From Bugula neritina (Eukaryota; Animalia; Bryozoa), in contig OZ037771.1 of assembly GCA_964035545.1 (NCBI GenBank), positions 4,041,628 through 4,105,627 of the forward strand: a stretch of DNA of 64,000 nucleotides, in the 5' to 3' direction. Position 1 is the stretch's first letter. The number at the start of each line of letters is the position of its first letter. The notes beneath the pieces are model-generated. The model was not told where the DNA came from and made no database searches. It saw only the letters and a list, made by a program, of their open reading frames with translations. Positions 43,771 to 55,786 of the stretch are shown here, piece by piece. Position numbers and translations under genes: made by a program.

Positions 43771-46700
43771 TTAGTTCTGTTGTTCTATTAGCGAGTTGAT
43801 GGCTTCTCCAAAGATGTCTCTCAGAAGAGTTGGATACTGAATTCTATGAACTTGATCAGCTGGAGACCTCTGAGACCAGCTCTGGTTGAAGACTCCTTGC
43901 TGGTAGTTTGTTGGCGGTGGTACTGGGTATGTCTTCCAGTCCATGTACTGGAGCAACTCTCTGTAGTTCACTTCCTCTCGCTCATTACGACTGCATCTGT
44001 AAAATACCATAAGAAGACTGCATGAGCACTTCCTTTACTACTTGCTAAAAACAATCACAAGAAACTAGAGGATTATGCAGGATCAAGATGAATTGAAAAT
44101 AAGACCATTTTTAATTCATTTGACTTTGATTTGAACAACTGAAGATTTGGAGGTAGGTGCAGTAATGGAGAAATTGAGAAAAGCCTGTGCTCTAAACTAG
44201 AAATGTAGCAAAAAAGTATGTTCTTGCAAAAATTTCAACTCGCAGCCCAAACCAAAATTTAATAAGAAAATTGAAGAATTTAGGCTTGAGTTACACTGAT
44301 GAGAAATAGGAGTTTGTAGGCTATCAGGCGTACCTAGAAACTAGAGTGGCCAGCATATCGCGTGGCACCGGGATCTTAACGGCCTTGCAAGCTGTCACCA
44401 CTTCATTCAGACACAAATACTCTGATTTCTGAGCATCTCTTTGGATGAGCGCTTCTTGGAGCTTGTTAGTTCGGATATCAAAGTTGTGTTTCCTGAGGCT
44501 ATCTTGTACAAGATAAATAAGGCCGGCTGTCTCCACGTCCCCATCTTGAGTTCTCTCCCTGCAACACAAAACCTATGCTACATTTGTTGGCAAGCTTCTT
44601 ATAAAAACTTGAAAAAACTTTTTGTTTGGTGTTTTGAAAAATTATTCAAGTTTACATATAAACTTTAGCATTCACATGTTGCAGTTAGCTTCCCTTATCT
44701 GTAATTGTTATATATTTGTAAAACAAATTTGATATTAATCAGTGTTAAGATAAAATGGTCAACACAAAGTAGAACTACAGAAACTATTATGCAATATATC
44801 ACATTATATTTATAATATTGTCATGAATTATATAACCAGTATATATTCAATTATTATGAAAATACTTTATATTAAAAAACACTGCAGTGTGTATTGGCAA
44901 ACAATGTGGTGAACTTAAGTTTCAAAACCATGGGAACCATGTCAAATTTTTTGAAAATATTGCTCTAAATCACACATTTCTACAAATAAAAGCCACCCGC
45001 ATAGTTTTTGATTTAAAATAATCTAAATTCTATATAACATTTTATTATCAAATTACAAACTCAAATACAAAGTGATCTTCACACAGCTATGTTTTGATTG
45101 CACACTGCTATCAGCCAATACCATAAAATTCTTCCAGCTAGTCAACGTGAATTGTAAGCTTACCCATAAACCCTGGCCAGGGTCATAATTTCCTGTGCGC
45201 TGATGGTAGAGCTGAGGAGCTGCACGAGTGCGACAAAGTCATCGTAGCTGATGTAACCGCTTCGAGATGGGTCACATTTCTGGAAAGCAGACAGAACTTC
45301 TTCCACCTGCTGACTCGGCGCGCCTCTCACTCTGTCAAGGATGGCTTGAGGGGCGCAGCGTGGGAACTACAACATTTCAAAATACCATCACTATGAACCA
45401 AGACTATTTTTGTAGATTTAAGTAGTAATAGTCCTTAGAAGACCTGGTTTAATGTTGTTAATTGTATGACATTATTTATTTTAGCTCCAAAATTTTGGGT
45501 TCAGACTATACATGTGTGTAGAATACATGGTACTGTTTACTATACACTGTATACCACACACTGTATACTACACTATGTTTATACCAGGAGGCTACAACTC
45601 ACCTCGTTTCCGTGGGCCTCCATGTATCTGAAGGCATATTCGTCGGCATCTATCAAGACAAATCTAAACTTGTTCAGCTCTACCAAATTACCGACAAACA
45701 TATCACTGGCCTTGTAGTACTCGCTTAGCTCAGTTCCATAGCGAGGTTGGTTGGGCTTCTTAACCCTCTGTCTCTCCAGAAACTTGCCACCACCCATACC
45801 TAAGTGCAGAGAACACAGGGCTTGTGAAATGTTAGATTTCTAGCATATTCCACACTAATAGACTAGAATACTTTATCTTATAAAATGTGTAAATAATAAC
45901 GGTGTGAAACGTGGTGTTCGGTGTTCATGTAAACATTTATTTCTAATTTGTTATTTTATTATTTTACTATTTTTTGTCATAATCTTAATAATTAATTGTA
46001 TCACTTATTGTAATAGTTTTAGTATTTTCGTGTATATATATTGTGGTAATAAATCACGGCTTCGGCCTCTTACGTTTATCAACTAACTCGAGCACGTTCT
46101 GTCTTTTCACGATAGCTGAAATAATATCACAAATCAACATAAAACATGGTGCCCCGAGTCTAATTATTATTAATATTACACTGAAATAACATGGAGCAAT
46201 TACTAGCGCCAAAACCATTAGCAGATGGACCGAATTTACCTGAGGAATGGAAGATTTTCAAACGTGACTTCGAACTTTTTTTAACTGCCACATCGAAAGA
46301 TACAGCCGAAGGCAAAGTGAAAACTGCATACCTACTTAGAACTATCGGTCGCCGAGGCAACCAAATATACGACTCTTTCAACTGGACTGACAACAATGAC
46401 AAAACTGACTATGACAAAGTTGTGACGCAGTTTGATGACTACTGCAAACCAAGAATAAACTTAGTGGCTAAGACTCACTCACTACTGACTTGTAAGCAAG
46501 GAAATAGAACTATTGACGAATTTTTGACTGAACTACATACCATTGCAGGACTATGTGACTTAAAAGACATGTACAACCGACTGATACTACAAGCACTGAT
46601 ATTGGGAATTGAAAGTGACAAGATTAGAAAGAAACTGTTTGACTTGACTGACTTTGACAAAGCAATTGAACTCTGCAGACGAGAAGAAGCATCGGCTATT

Positions 46701-49700
46701 GACTACAAGACTATGACTAAGGATAACACATATGGACTCGAACAAGTGAACTTGGTAAAACATAGACCTCCGACTCATCAATATCACTCTAATGACACTC
46801 GTAACACTGATAAACACAGAGGACAACTTTCACACACTCACTCTCAGCCCAACGTCAGAAAATCAGTTGGTGCTTCTAGGTGTGGAAACTGTGGAGGCAA
46901 TCACCCACCTCGAGCATGCCCAGCATATGGGAAACAGTGCAATCATTGCAAGAAATTTAACCACTTTGCTACATACTGCAGGTCACGCATGCATCATTAT
47001 CGCGACTCAACCGAAACAGCCAATCAAGTCACCTGGAATTACTCTTCAGACAGTGACTCTCAACATGTAAGTACTATCTCCACTACTGTACGAGATCGTA
47101 AATTATTAGCGATGCTCACTGCTAAGCAAGCAGATACTATTTATGACATTGAATTCCAACTTGACACTGGTGCATCATGCAATACTTTGAATACGATCGA
47201 CTACGACAAGCTAGGTAGACCGAAACTTACACCGACTGATACTGTACTAACTTTATATGACCAGAGCAAGTGTGCACCACTAGGGTGGACACGGATACAG
47301 ATACTAAACAAGCAAGGATGTTACACTACATTAAAATTCCTAGTTGTGGAAACCACCCAACATAGCTTGCTGTCATGGAAATCATGTTTGCACCTGGATT
47401 TATTACAAATGCCCAGCACCAAAAGCGAGAATGTAAACTTTGCCACTACTGACCCAGACCTTCAGACTTTACTGACTAACTTTGATGACATATTTACCGG
47501 ACTTGGAAAGTTTGAACAGGAATATAGGATAGAGCTAAGACCTGAAGCTGTACCAGTGCAAGTCCGACCGCGGAAGGTGCCCTTGTCGATGAAATCAGAT
47601 CTCATCAAGACTATTCTTGAACTAGAACAACGTCAAATTATCGCTAAGGTAGAAGCACCTACAGACTGGATAAGCCATCTACAACCAGTGCGCAAGCCTA
47701 ATGGAAAGATACGCATCTGCATAGATCCGCAAAATCTCAACCAAGCAATTAAACGAAACCACGCTGTCATGCCAACATTGGAAGATGTTTTGCCACAACT
47801 CAACGGTGCCAAGTTTTTCTCCTTGTGTGACGCCAAAGAAGGTTTCTATCAAATTCCCCTAGCTGAGGAATCTACAGACTTGACAACTTTCTGGACTCCC
47901 ATAGGAAAGTACAAGTACCTAAGGCTACCCTTTGGAATTGCATCAGCGCCGGAGGAGTTTCAGAGAAGGCTCACGGAAAATCTTGCTGGTCTTGATGGCA
48001 TCACCATAGTTGCAGATGACATCCTAATTTTTGGAAGCACAAGGAAAGAGCATGATAGAAACCTTGAAGCGCTCTTCAAACGTGCTCGACAGACAGGACT
48101 GAGACTGAACAAGGAAAAATCCCGCTTCCTTCAGGACGAACTACCTTACATCGGACACATACTGACAACTAATGGACTTAAACCAGATCCTAACAAAGTA
48201 AAAGCCATTCTTAAGATGAAACCTCCCTCATCTCCACAGGGAGTAAAACGATTCCTTGGTCACATCACATACATGTCAAAATTTATTAGCAACCTAGCAT
48301 CGGAATCTGAACCATTACGACGTTTACTGACACAAGACAATGCTCAAGACTTTCACTGGACTGACGACCAAATGAACGCTTTTAATAGACTGAAGACCTT
48401 ACTAACTGACTCAGAAACTCTACAATACTTTGACTGCAACAAGCCAGTAACTATACAAACTGACGCTTCAAATGCTGGTGTGGGTGCAACACTCATGCAA
48501 GGAGGCAAGCCTGTAGCATATGCATCTCGCAGTTTAACAAAATCGGAACAGAACTATGTGCCACTAGAGCTTGAGTGCCTTGCCATAGTGTTTGGCACTG
48601 AACGCTTTGACCAGTATATCTTTGGTCACCATGCTGTCACTATCCAAACTGACCACAAACCCCTTGTATCTATTTTCAGGAAATCCATTCATAAGGCATC
48701 TCGGAGGTTGCAGGCTATGCTTCTTCACTTACAAAGATACCCCAACATTAAGGTAACTTGGCAAAAGGGTGCTGAACAGATCACGGCTGACTTACTCTCA
48801 AGAGACTCATACTTTGACTCCCCCAACTATCAACAACTACCAGAACACATTTTTCACATTGACTCTCAAAATAATGATACTCCTGTTTGTGACGACTTAA
48901 TTGACAACATTAGGACTGCTACTGCACAGGACAATGAACTTATGACACTGACAAACCTTATTAAACATGACTGGAACATTGCCAACTGCACAACTCACGA
49001 CAAGTACAAACACTTTCAGGACGAACTATCTATTGACAATGGCATTGTTTACAAAGGACTACGAGCCATTATTCCAAAGACACTCCAGAGAAAGTTTCTC
49101 CAACTACTTCACGCCGGCCATAATGGGATTAACTCCACACTAAGACGTGCCCGCCACACAGTGTTTTGGCTTGGCATCACCAATGACATCAAAAACAATA
49201 TTGCTAACTGTCGACAATGTCAACTGGATGCTCCCCGGCAACAGAAGGAAACACTTTTACTCCACACAGTTCCCCAACGACCCTGGACCAAAGTAGGAAT
49301 TGACTTGTTTGAATACAATCACACTCACTACATTACTATTGTTGACTATACGACTGACTACCTTGAATATGACCGACTGGACAACCAAACAGCAGAGGCT
49401 GTTATCAACTCCATAAAGCGCTGTTTTGGACGCCTGGGAATACCCAGACAGGTTCACACTGACAACGGACCACAGTTTACCTCGCACCAGTTTTCCACTT
49501 TCAGCCAATCATGGAATTTCACACACACCACCAGCTCTCCATATCATCCTCAGTCCAATGGGAAGGCAGAGTCTGCCGTGAAGATAGCCAAACGTATACT
49601 CCGCAGATGTGAAGAGCCCGAACTTGCGTTACTGGAACATCTCAACACCACCAAAGAAGGCCTGACGGCCAGCCCAATTCAGCAACTTATCGGAAGACCC

Positions 49701-52700
49701 ACCAGGTCAGTACTCCCACAAGTTCGGCCAGAAACAGAGAACAACCAAGGTTGGTGGGAAAAGCAGGGCCGCAATGAAAAACTGCAGCAGAGATGCAATG
49801 ACGGTGCAAGAGATTTGGCAGTGCTGAAAGAAGGGCAACCAGTTTTGGTTCGAGACTGGAGTCAGCACCGGAGAAAATGGCAGGAGGCGCAAATTAACAA
49901 ACAATTGAGTAGCAGAGCCTATGCCATACAACTTAACAACAACCTCTTACGGAGAAACCGGCGAGACATCAGACCACTCGTCACGGAGCCAGCGAGTCCT
50001 GAGACACCAAAGGATCCTAAACAAAACGCTAGTAGTACCCAGGTTGACACCACCGAGAGCGCCAATCATAGCGACAATCTAAGACGTTCAACCAGAGAAC
50101 GGAAGCCACCTAGTTGGATGGCAGACTATGTGCCCTCTTAAAACAATCATATCTAAATAGCTTTTTTCTATTCTGTGGGAGATGTTCGGTGTTCATGTAA
50201 ACATTTATTTCTAATTTGTTATTTTATTATTTTACTATTTTTTGTCATAATCTTAATAATTAATTGTATCACTTATTGTAATAGTTTTAGTATTTTCGTG
50301 TATATATATTGTGGTAATAAATCACGGCTTCGGCCTCTTACGTTTATCAACTAACTCGAGCACGTTCTGTCTTTTCACGATAGCTGAAATAATATCACAA
50401 ATCAACATAAAACACGTGGGACAGCTTTATATTTCAGAAATGTTATTTTGTACTTGTCACTCCATCAATCACTAGGTTAGTTGTACTATGCTATCTTGAT
50501 TTCTGTGTTACATACTAGACTCTAGAGCTTGAATTTTTATGTAACTTACTAGCCAGGGTTCTTAAGTTGACTATTAGCCTGGGTTCTATGTTACCTATTA
50601 GCTTGGATTTCTTTATGGGCTGCTAGCCTACACTTCTAGGTCAACTGTAGACCCACATTTTGTAATAATTTCTAGCCCAAGTTCCTATGCTGACTACTAA
50701 CCTGAGTTCCTTACTGGAGGCTCAAATACCAGGAGAGTGTCATCAGCCAGGAAGTAGCTGATGATGAATCGTCTGTCCATGTCAATAGGCTTAGTGGTTT
50801 CCATTTTAGCAAGAAATCGTAGTACGTTGCTCTCAAGGCCGCACCTGTTTCAAGCCAATCGTCATTTTTAATACATTAAACAACAAAAAAATTTTAAATT
50901 GGTCATAATAAACAGTTTTTGAAATTAGTAATTACTTTAAATTTAAAATTAAATGTTTTCTATATAATTCAATCTTATGAGCTTTTCGGCTGAGTATTTA
51001 GTTTTAGTATTTAGTCTCACCTGTCCTTCTCCATAAACTTGACAAAGTCTCGGCGAGGTGGTTTGGGCAGCAAACCGGCACAAGAACAGAGAGAGTCTTC
51101 CTCCGAACCAAATCCATTGTAAGGTGGGACCTCTTTGGCTCTGGGGGCTGCTGGTCCACTCTTATACGGGATAGGGGCACTCTCCTCTACAATCAGGTGT
51201 GAAACTGTTAATCCTACCCACATGGTGAGAGTTATAAACTCACGCAAGTTTATAGTCACTATTTCTGTGAGAACCCCTGATGAAAGGGGTTTTTAAAAGG
51301 GCTAAGGACTTATTCATATGTACACAAGGGCAATTATGACTGAATGTTTGTAAGAGTTATTTAATAGTCGACATGATATTTATTATCAGAAGTCATAGCG
51401 AGTTGCAATAAGTAAAAACAATCTCACGTTTGATGGGCATCTCATTCACACTGAGGAGTAATTGTGTTTATTACATCACTATTTCAGTAGATTTTATTTA
51501 ACAAAAAGGCTGCTATAGAAATATTTGCTATCTGTTGTTAGCTAGTCCTAAACATCATAAAGTTTAGCAAACAGATTCCAGCTGAAAAAATATTAACTGT
51601 TGTTTGGTCTACAATGGTAGTTAATTTGATATATCAATGATAAATTATTATGACATCCTATAGCTACAGCACTACATTATTCTTCAGTCTATGAAATTGA
51701 AAACAATTTGTGTTTTTAAAACTGTTCATTGGTTTACCCAAAAGAAATTATTTCGCAACGCAGATGAAAATTTAAGTAGTGCCAACTAGAAGGGTCTACA
51801 TGTATATAACTCATCACTATTAATTTATCTTATAATTAGATTTTCTAAGGCGAGGCTAGAATATATGGCATAAGTACTTACTGACTCCATATTTAGTTCT
51901 GTAGAATTCCTTGGTGAAATCATCACAATCACACAAAACTATCTTACGGCCCCAAACATTCAGTTGAGCCCCTATGCTAAGATCAGAGTCTTTGTAGCTG
52001 TCCACATTCACTGCCCCAGTCTGCAATGTACTTAAAGGTAGAGTCGTTTGGTAAACACATCAACTCAAAGAGACAAGGCAGCATATATACATATATATAA
52101 AGTTTTACTGACTGCTTTATTAAGATTTGCTTCATTAAAATTTAAAACAACTTATTATTTCAGGTGTTAATTTATTTTAATAAAAAATTGTAAAATTAAT
52201 AACTTAGTGCTACCTAGAAAAGTTTTTCATATCAATGATAACTTTTCATTTATGGAATGCGCTAAATCGTTCTATTAATTATCTTATGACTTACTTTCAA
52301 ACTGTCTAGGATGTATCTACTTCCGTGCCCAGTTGGCCCAAACACATTTAACACAGTTCTTTCAGTGATTTCTCCAGGTTGTTTCAGTGCCACAACATCT
52401 TTGGGAACTTTACCTCTACGGAGAAATACTGGGGCCGCATCTCGTCCAGAATTAGCAGGTATGACTTCTCGTATCTCAATAGTGTCATCAGCCAGGAAGT
52501 AGTGGAGTACCAGTTCTCGGGGGTCCCCAAACATGCTGTCTGTGTCATCCCAGAAACAGTAGAATCTGAGCACATGCCGGTCATGATCAAGAAACTGCTT
52601 CAGAGTGTCAAATCTCTCGTATGGCCTTAGTGGCTGCATAGACTCGTCCAGCTATAAATACATTGACACCACACATCACAATGGATAGATACACATGATG

Positions 52701-54292
52701 TGTGTGAAATGACAAATACGGGTGACAATTCTATTTTCCTGACTTGCATCTTTACTCAACTGTCTGTTGAAATAACTTTCTATAATTGTTGATTTATTTA
52801 TTTTTATTTCAGTATTCTTCTACTATGTAAGTATATGCTATAATATAGTATTTCACTTTCTTGTTATACAAAGCAGCATATAGTTTATTTAATTTACAAA
52901 TCAATGACTAATGTTTAACATACAGCCTTGCGATGGTCAGCGTAAGGATCGTTAGGAGTGCCATCTGGTGGCGGAACTCTCACACCCAATTTTGTCAGAA
53001 AGTTTCGGGAAAACTCATCACATGATGTTAGTTTAAAAACTCTGCCATACAGAGTGAGTTCTCTTCCAACATTGAAATCTTCTACAGTGTAGTACTTGGC
53101 ATCATTCGGTGGAGGTCGAGGTATTCTGCAACAACAATCATGCTATCATTCAGTTTCACATGTTTGAATTTTGCCAAATCAAGCTGTTTTATTTCCCTTA
53201 AAACTATGCATAATGAATTTATTCCTTAAATAATAGAAGACACATGTAAAATAATTGTCTACACCGGGATTCAAACCACAGACCTCCGGCTTGCAAGCAG
53301 GTGCACTAACCAATTACACCATAGGGACTGCTAGAAAAACTCAACACTACAACATACCTATGCCTTCTGATCAAAGTCCCTTGAGGTAGCCCAGCATTTT
53401 TTTGGCGTGGTTCAACAACCTGAATACTGTCATCTTCTAGGTAAAAGTAGATTAAGCAGGGCCTCACTCTATACTGCTCTTCTCTTCTCTCCACAACTGA
53501 CTCTTGAAAGTAGCTAAAACAGATGTTTTATAAGTTAAACTTTAAAATACAATTTGTTGATTGAAACTATAAAAATACTAATAAAAAGTTGCTAGTATAC
53601 AGTAACATAAATAACACTAATTATTAGGTATCATTTTGTTTGTATAATCAATATAGTAACAAGTAACAAAAACAGCTTTTCTGTCTATACTCAAGAATTG
53701 GCACGTTTTAATTATAAAACTTGCTTTTAAATATAATTATAATAGTTCTAATTTACAAAAACAATTAGTTTGGTATTTTCTGTTATACATTACCCATTAA
53801 AGCTTAGCACTTGTTTGTCAAATGCTACCCATGCTGGTTGGTTTGCTCCTTCACCACGAGGAAATACAGAATTCTTAGGTGTTAAATCTTGACCTGGCAA
53901 TGGTACGCCACCAATACCAGCCTTATCGTCCATCATTTTAGCAACATCTCGATTTACATAATCAAAGTGATGTGATTTATGAAACTTTTCTTTTCCAAGC
54001 TAGAAAAAATTAAAATACCATTTACAAATTTTAAAACTTAGATTACATTTAATTTAAAGCAACATAAAAATGACATAAAATTAAAGAAGTGAAATTATTA
54101 TACACTGAGAATCAAATTGGGCAGCTTATAGTTATTCTTAGCAATAAGAATATGATGAGAAAGCTATAACTATAAGTATAAGTATAAGACTTTCAAAATC
54201 ATTTTAATTTAAAAGAGTCATTACTCCCAGAAAACATTGAATAATCTTACATTTTTGCTAAAATTGTTTCCTGGCAAAAAGGGTAGAGCCAT
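43771..54292 (-). CDS. EFHC2: EF-hand domain-containing family member C2 (three DM10 domains plus EF-hand; axonemal microtubule inner protein), 12 coding exons, about 753 aa
   Basis: Exons 54292-54251 ([11 protein letters not shown]), 53999-53794 ([10 protein letters not shown]...[12 protein letters not shown]), 53513-53358, 53125-52924, 52651-52295, 52020-51882, 51186-51021, 50844-50702, 45799-45603, 45366-45164, 44558-44334, 43996-43771. Phases are consistent, and DM10 motifs are present ([41 protein letters not shown]). Confidence 0.93.
45915..46146 (+). repeat. 5' LTR
   Basis: tgttcggtgttcatg...caacataaaaca; no differences from the 3' LTR seen by eye. Confidence 0.96.
46147..46159 (+). 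other. Primer-binding site TGGTGCCCCGAGT, likely complementary to the 3' end of elongator tRNA-Met
   Basis: Starts with TGG immediately after the LTR. It matches the reverse complement of the ...CGGGGCA-CCA end I recall for animal elongator tRNA-Met. Confidence 0.7.
46191..50141 (+). CDS. Gag-Pol polyprotein, 1316 aa (Gag with zinc knuckles, protease, RT, RNase H, integrase)
   Basis: Knuckles [13 protein letters not shown] and [14 protein letters not shown]; protease LDTGA; RT RLPFGI...VADD; RNase H TDAS; integrase HAGH...[29 protein letters not shown] order, no stops. Confidence 0.97.
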   Translation: MEQLLAPKPLADGPNLPEEWKIFKRDFELFLTATSKDTAEGKVKTAYLLRTIGRRGNQIYDSFNWTDNNDKTDYDKVVTQFDDYCKPRINLVAKTHSLLTCKQGNRTIDEFLTELHTIAGLCDLKDMYNRLILQALILGIESDKIRKKLFDLTDFDKAIELCRREEASAIDYKTMTKDNTYGLEQVNLVKHRPPTHQYHSNDTRNTDKHRGQLSHTHSQPNVRKSVGASRCGNCGGNHPPRACPAYGKQCNHCKKFNHFATYCRSRMHHYRDSTETANQVTWNYSSDSDSQHVSTISTTVRDRKLLAMLTAKQADTIYDIEFQLDTGASCNTLNTIDYDKLGRPKLTPTDTVLTLYDQSKCAPLGWTRIQILNKQGCYTTLKFLVVETTQHSLLSWKSCLHLDLLQMPSTKSENVNFATTDPDLQTLLTNFDDIFTGLGKFEQEYRIELRPEAVPVQVRPRKVPLSMKSDLIKTILELEQRQIIAKVEAPTDWISHLQPVRKPNGKIRICIDPQNLNQAIKRNHAVMPTLEDVLPQLNGAKFFSLCDAKEGFYQIPLAEESTDLTTFWTPIGKYKYLRLPFGIASAPEEFQRRLTENLAGLDGITIVADDILIFGSTRKEHDRNLEALFKRARQTGLRLNKEKSRFLQDELPYIGHILTTNGLKPDPNKVKAILKMKPPSSPQGVKRFLGHITYMSKFISNLASESEPLRRLLTQDNAQDFHWTDDQMNAFNRLKTLLTDSETLQYFDCNKPVTIQTDASNAGVGATLMQGGKPVAYASRSLTKSEQNYVPLELECLAIVFGTERFDQYIFGHHAVTIQTDHKPLVSIFRKSIHKASRRLQAMLLHLQRYPNIKVTWQKGAEQITADLLSRDSYFDSPNYQQLPEHIFHIDSQNNDTPVCDDLIDNIRTATAQDNELMTLTNLIKHDWNIANCTTHDKYKHFQDELSIDNGIVYKGLRAIIPKTLQRKFLQLLHAGHNGINSTLRRARHTVFWLGITNDIKNNIANCRQCQLDAPRQQKETLLLHTVPQRPWTKVGIDLFEYNHTHYITIVDYTTDYLEYDRLDNQTAEAVINSIKRCFGRLGIPRQVHTDNGPQFTSHQFSTFSQSWNFTHTTSSPYHPQSNGKAESAVKIAKRILRRCEEPELALLEHLNTTKEGLTASPIQQLIGRPTRSVLPQVRPETENNQGWWEKQGRNEKLQQRCNDGARDLAVLKEGQPVLVRDWSQHRRKWQEAQINKQLSSRAYAIQLNNNLLRRNRRDIRPLVTEPASPETPKDPKQNASSTQVDTTESANHSDNLRRSTRERKPPSWMADYVPS
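50183..50414 (+). repeat. 3' LTR
   Basis: Direct repeat of 45915-46146, preceded by a short purine-rich tract gtgggaga. Confidence 0.96.
50525..50711 (-). repeat. Degenerate 24-25-nt tandem array derived from the EFHC2 exon 8 splice donor, about 7-8 units
   Basis: Minus-strand units include aggaactcag|gttagtagtcagcat, aggaacttgg|gctag..., agaagtgtag|gctagcag..., agaaatccaa|gctaatag..., agaacccag|gctaatagtcaac and aagaaccctg|gctagtaag. Confidence 0.7.
53246..53332 (-). mobile_element. tRNA-derived (SINE-like) element
   Basis: Minus strand agcagtccctatggtgtaattggttagtgcacctgcttgcaagccggaggtctgtggtttgaatcccggtg; same family as the 32210 and 37994 copies. Confidence 0.7.
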
Positions 54293-54399
54293 GGTTAACT
54301 GTCTGACAATCTTCTCAAGTTAAAAATATTGACCGTGAATGCCAGTTACAACATTGACTTTAAGACGGATTGCCCCAGTCACTGTACAGTGTTGCACTG

Positions 54400-54412
54400 G
54401 TATCCAAGCAAC
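54400..54412 (-). promoter_or_regulatory. Candidate RFX X-box upstream of EFHC2
   Basis: GTTGCTTGGATAC on -, about 110 bp upstream of the ATG. It fits the imperfect-palindrome X-box typical of ciliary gene promoters. Confidence 0.5.
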
Positions 54413-55786
54413 ATACGCATGTAAATGTAGTGATATTATGCATTTCCTGTTAGTTACAGGACTCTTTTTCTTTCGCACAATATTTTTTGAAGCCTTAGCT
54501 TTTCAAATATTGCGGCTCAATAAAGCTATCTGGGCTAAAAAATCTAATAAGACTTTCAGAAACAGGCTATAGGCAGTATTTCAGCGAGTAGCTTTAAAAA
54601 ATATTACCACTAGATCTGCTTCCGTTTTCGTTTAAGAGTTTTTTTATGAAAGTCTGACAAGTTATGAGACCCACGTTTACAATTCAGCGTGGTTTTCTGA
54701 TCACTAAATCTGTTGACCATCATCGTGACCATGTATGATGTATATCATTATTATTTTACTATTCAATAATATGTCATTGAATAGTTATCCAAATCTAATG
54801 CTGTTTAATTATTAAGCTTAGCCTTAGGCTCCCTCTCATCAGTCATCAATCACTAAAACTAAAAGTAAAACTAAAAAGTAACTTATTAAATACCAATAGT
54901 AAAACTAAATGTAATAAGTAATTGTAAACACTAAATAACTATAAAAAGTACAAATACTAAATATTAATAGCTCTGCCTATGGCTATTAGTATTAGTATAA
55001 GTTTTAGTGTTACTAGTAGTAGTACTCAACTAGTAGTATTACTATTGCCATTGGTATTACTTATTAGAGTATTACTATTAGTATTAGTATTAGACTTAAG
55101 TTAGTAATTTACTCTGTCTCTTATGACTTATCTCCACTCTTAGTATAACATCAACTATACCTTATACTTACAGTTATAGATATGTATTACTATTAGTAAT
55201 ACTAATAGTTATACTAATAGTAATAGTAGTAGTAACTAATACTATTACTGTAATACTAAGACTTATAGTATAAGCCTTAGTATCACAGTAATTGTATTAT
55301 ATTTAGTTACTACTATTATTATTACTATTAAGTATTAGCATTACTTATTAATATTACAAAAATAGTCTAATAGTAATAGTAGTACTGTGAGTATGTGTAT
55401 TGCTATGCCTATTGGTATTACTTATATTATTACTATTAGTGTTACTGTTAGTTACTACAATTTTTACTAGTTATTACTCAGTCTTATCGCTGTTTAGACT
55501 TAGTTAATAATTATTAAGTTTTAAATTCATTTTGTTATTTTCATCCCGCAATATCTCAAGTATCTCCCTCTCCATAAGAAGTGATTATTTGCATGCTATG
55601 TTTGTGATGTCTAAACAATTTAAATTAAATATTTTTTGTAAGATTATTCCTTTTTCAGTATAATTAGTCTAGGTGAAGACTTGTGAATTTAATTACTTTC
55701 TTTATCAGATAGAACTACCGGCATTCATCTGCATACTATGTGTATCATCTTTCTGCAGTCTACTCAACTATCACAGGTTTGAGATA

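Larger units (their letters stand above)
45915..50414 (+). mobile_element. Full-length Ty3/gypsy LTR retrotransposon (Mag-like), 4500 bp, inserted antisense in EFHC2 intron 8
   Basis: 232-bp LTRs (TG...CA) at 45915-46146 and 50183-50414, 5-bp TSD CGTGG at 45910-45914 and 50415-50419, PBS directly after the 5' LTR, and a single gag-pol ORF. Confidence 0.97.

Noticed and set aside
46160-49931. Short antisense and alternate-frame ORFs within gag-pol, or an env-like gene
   Set aside because: They are short shadow ORFs with no motifs, and there is no room for env between pol and the 3' LTR (41 nt).
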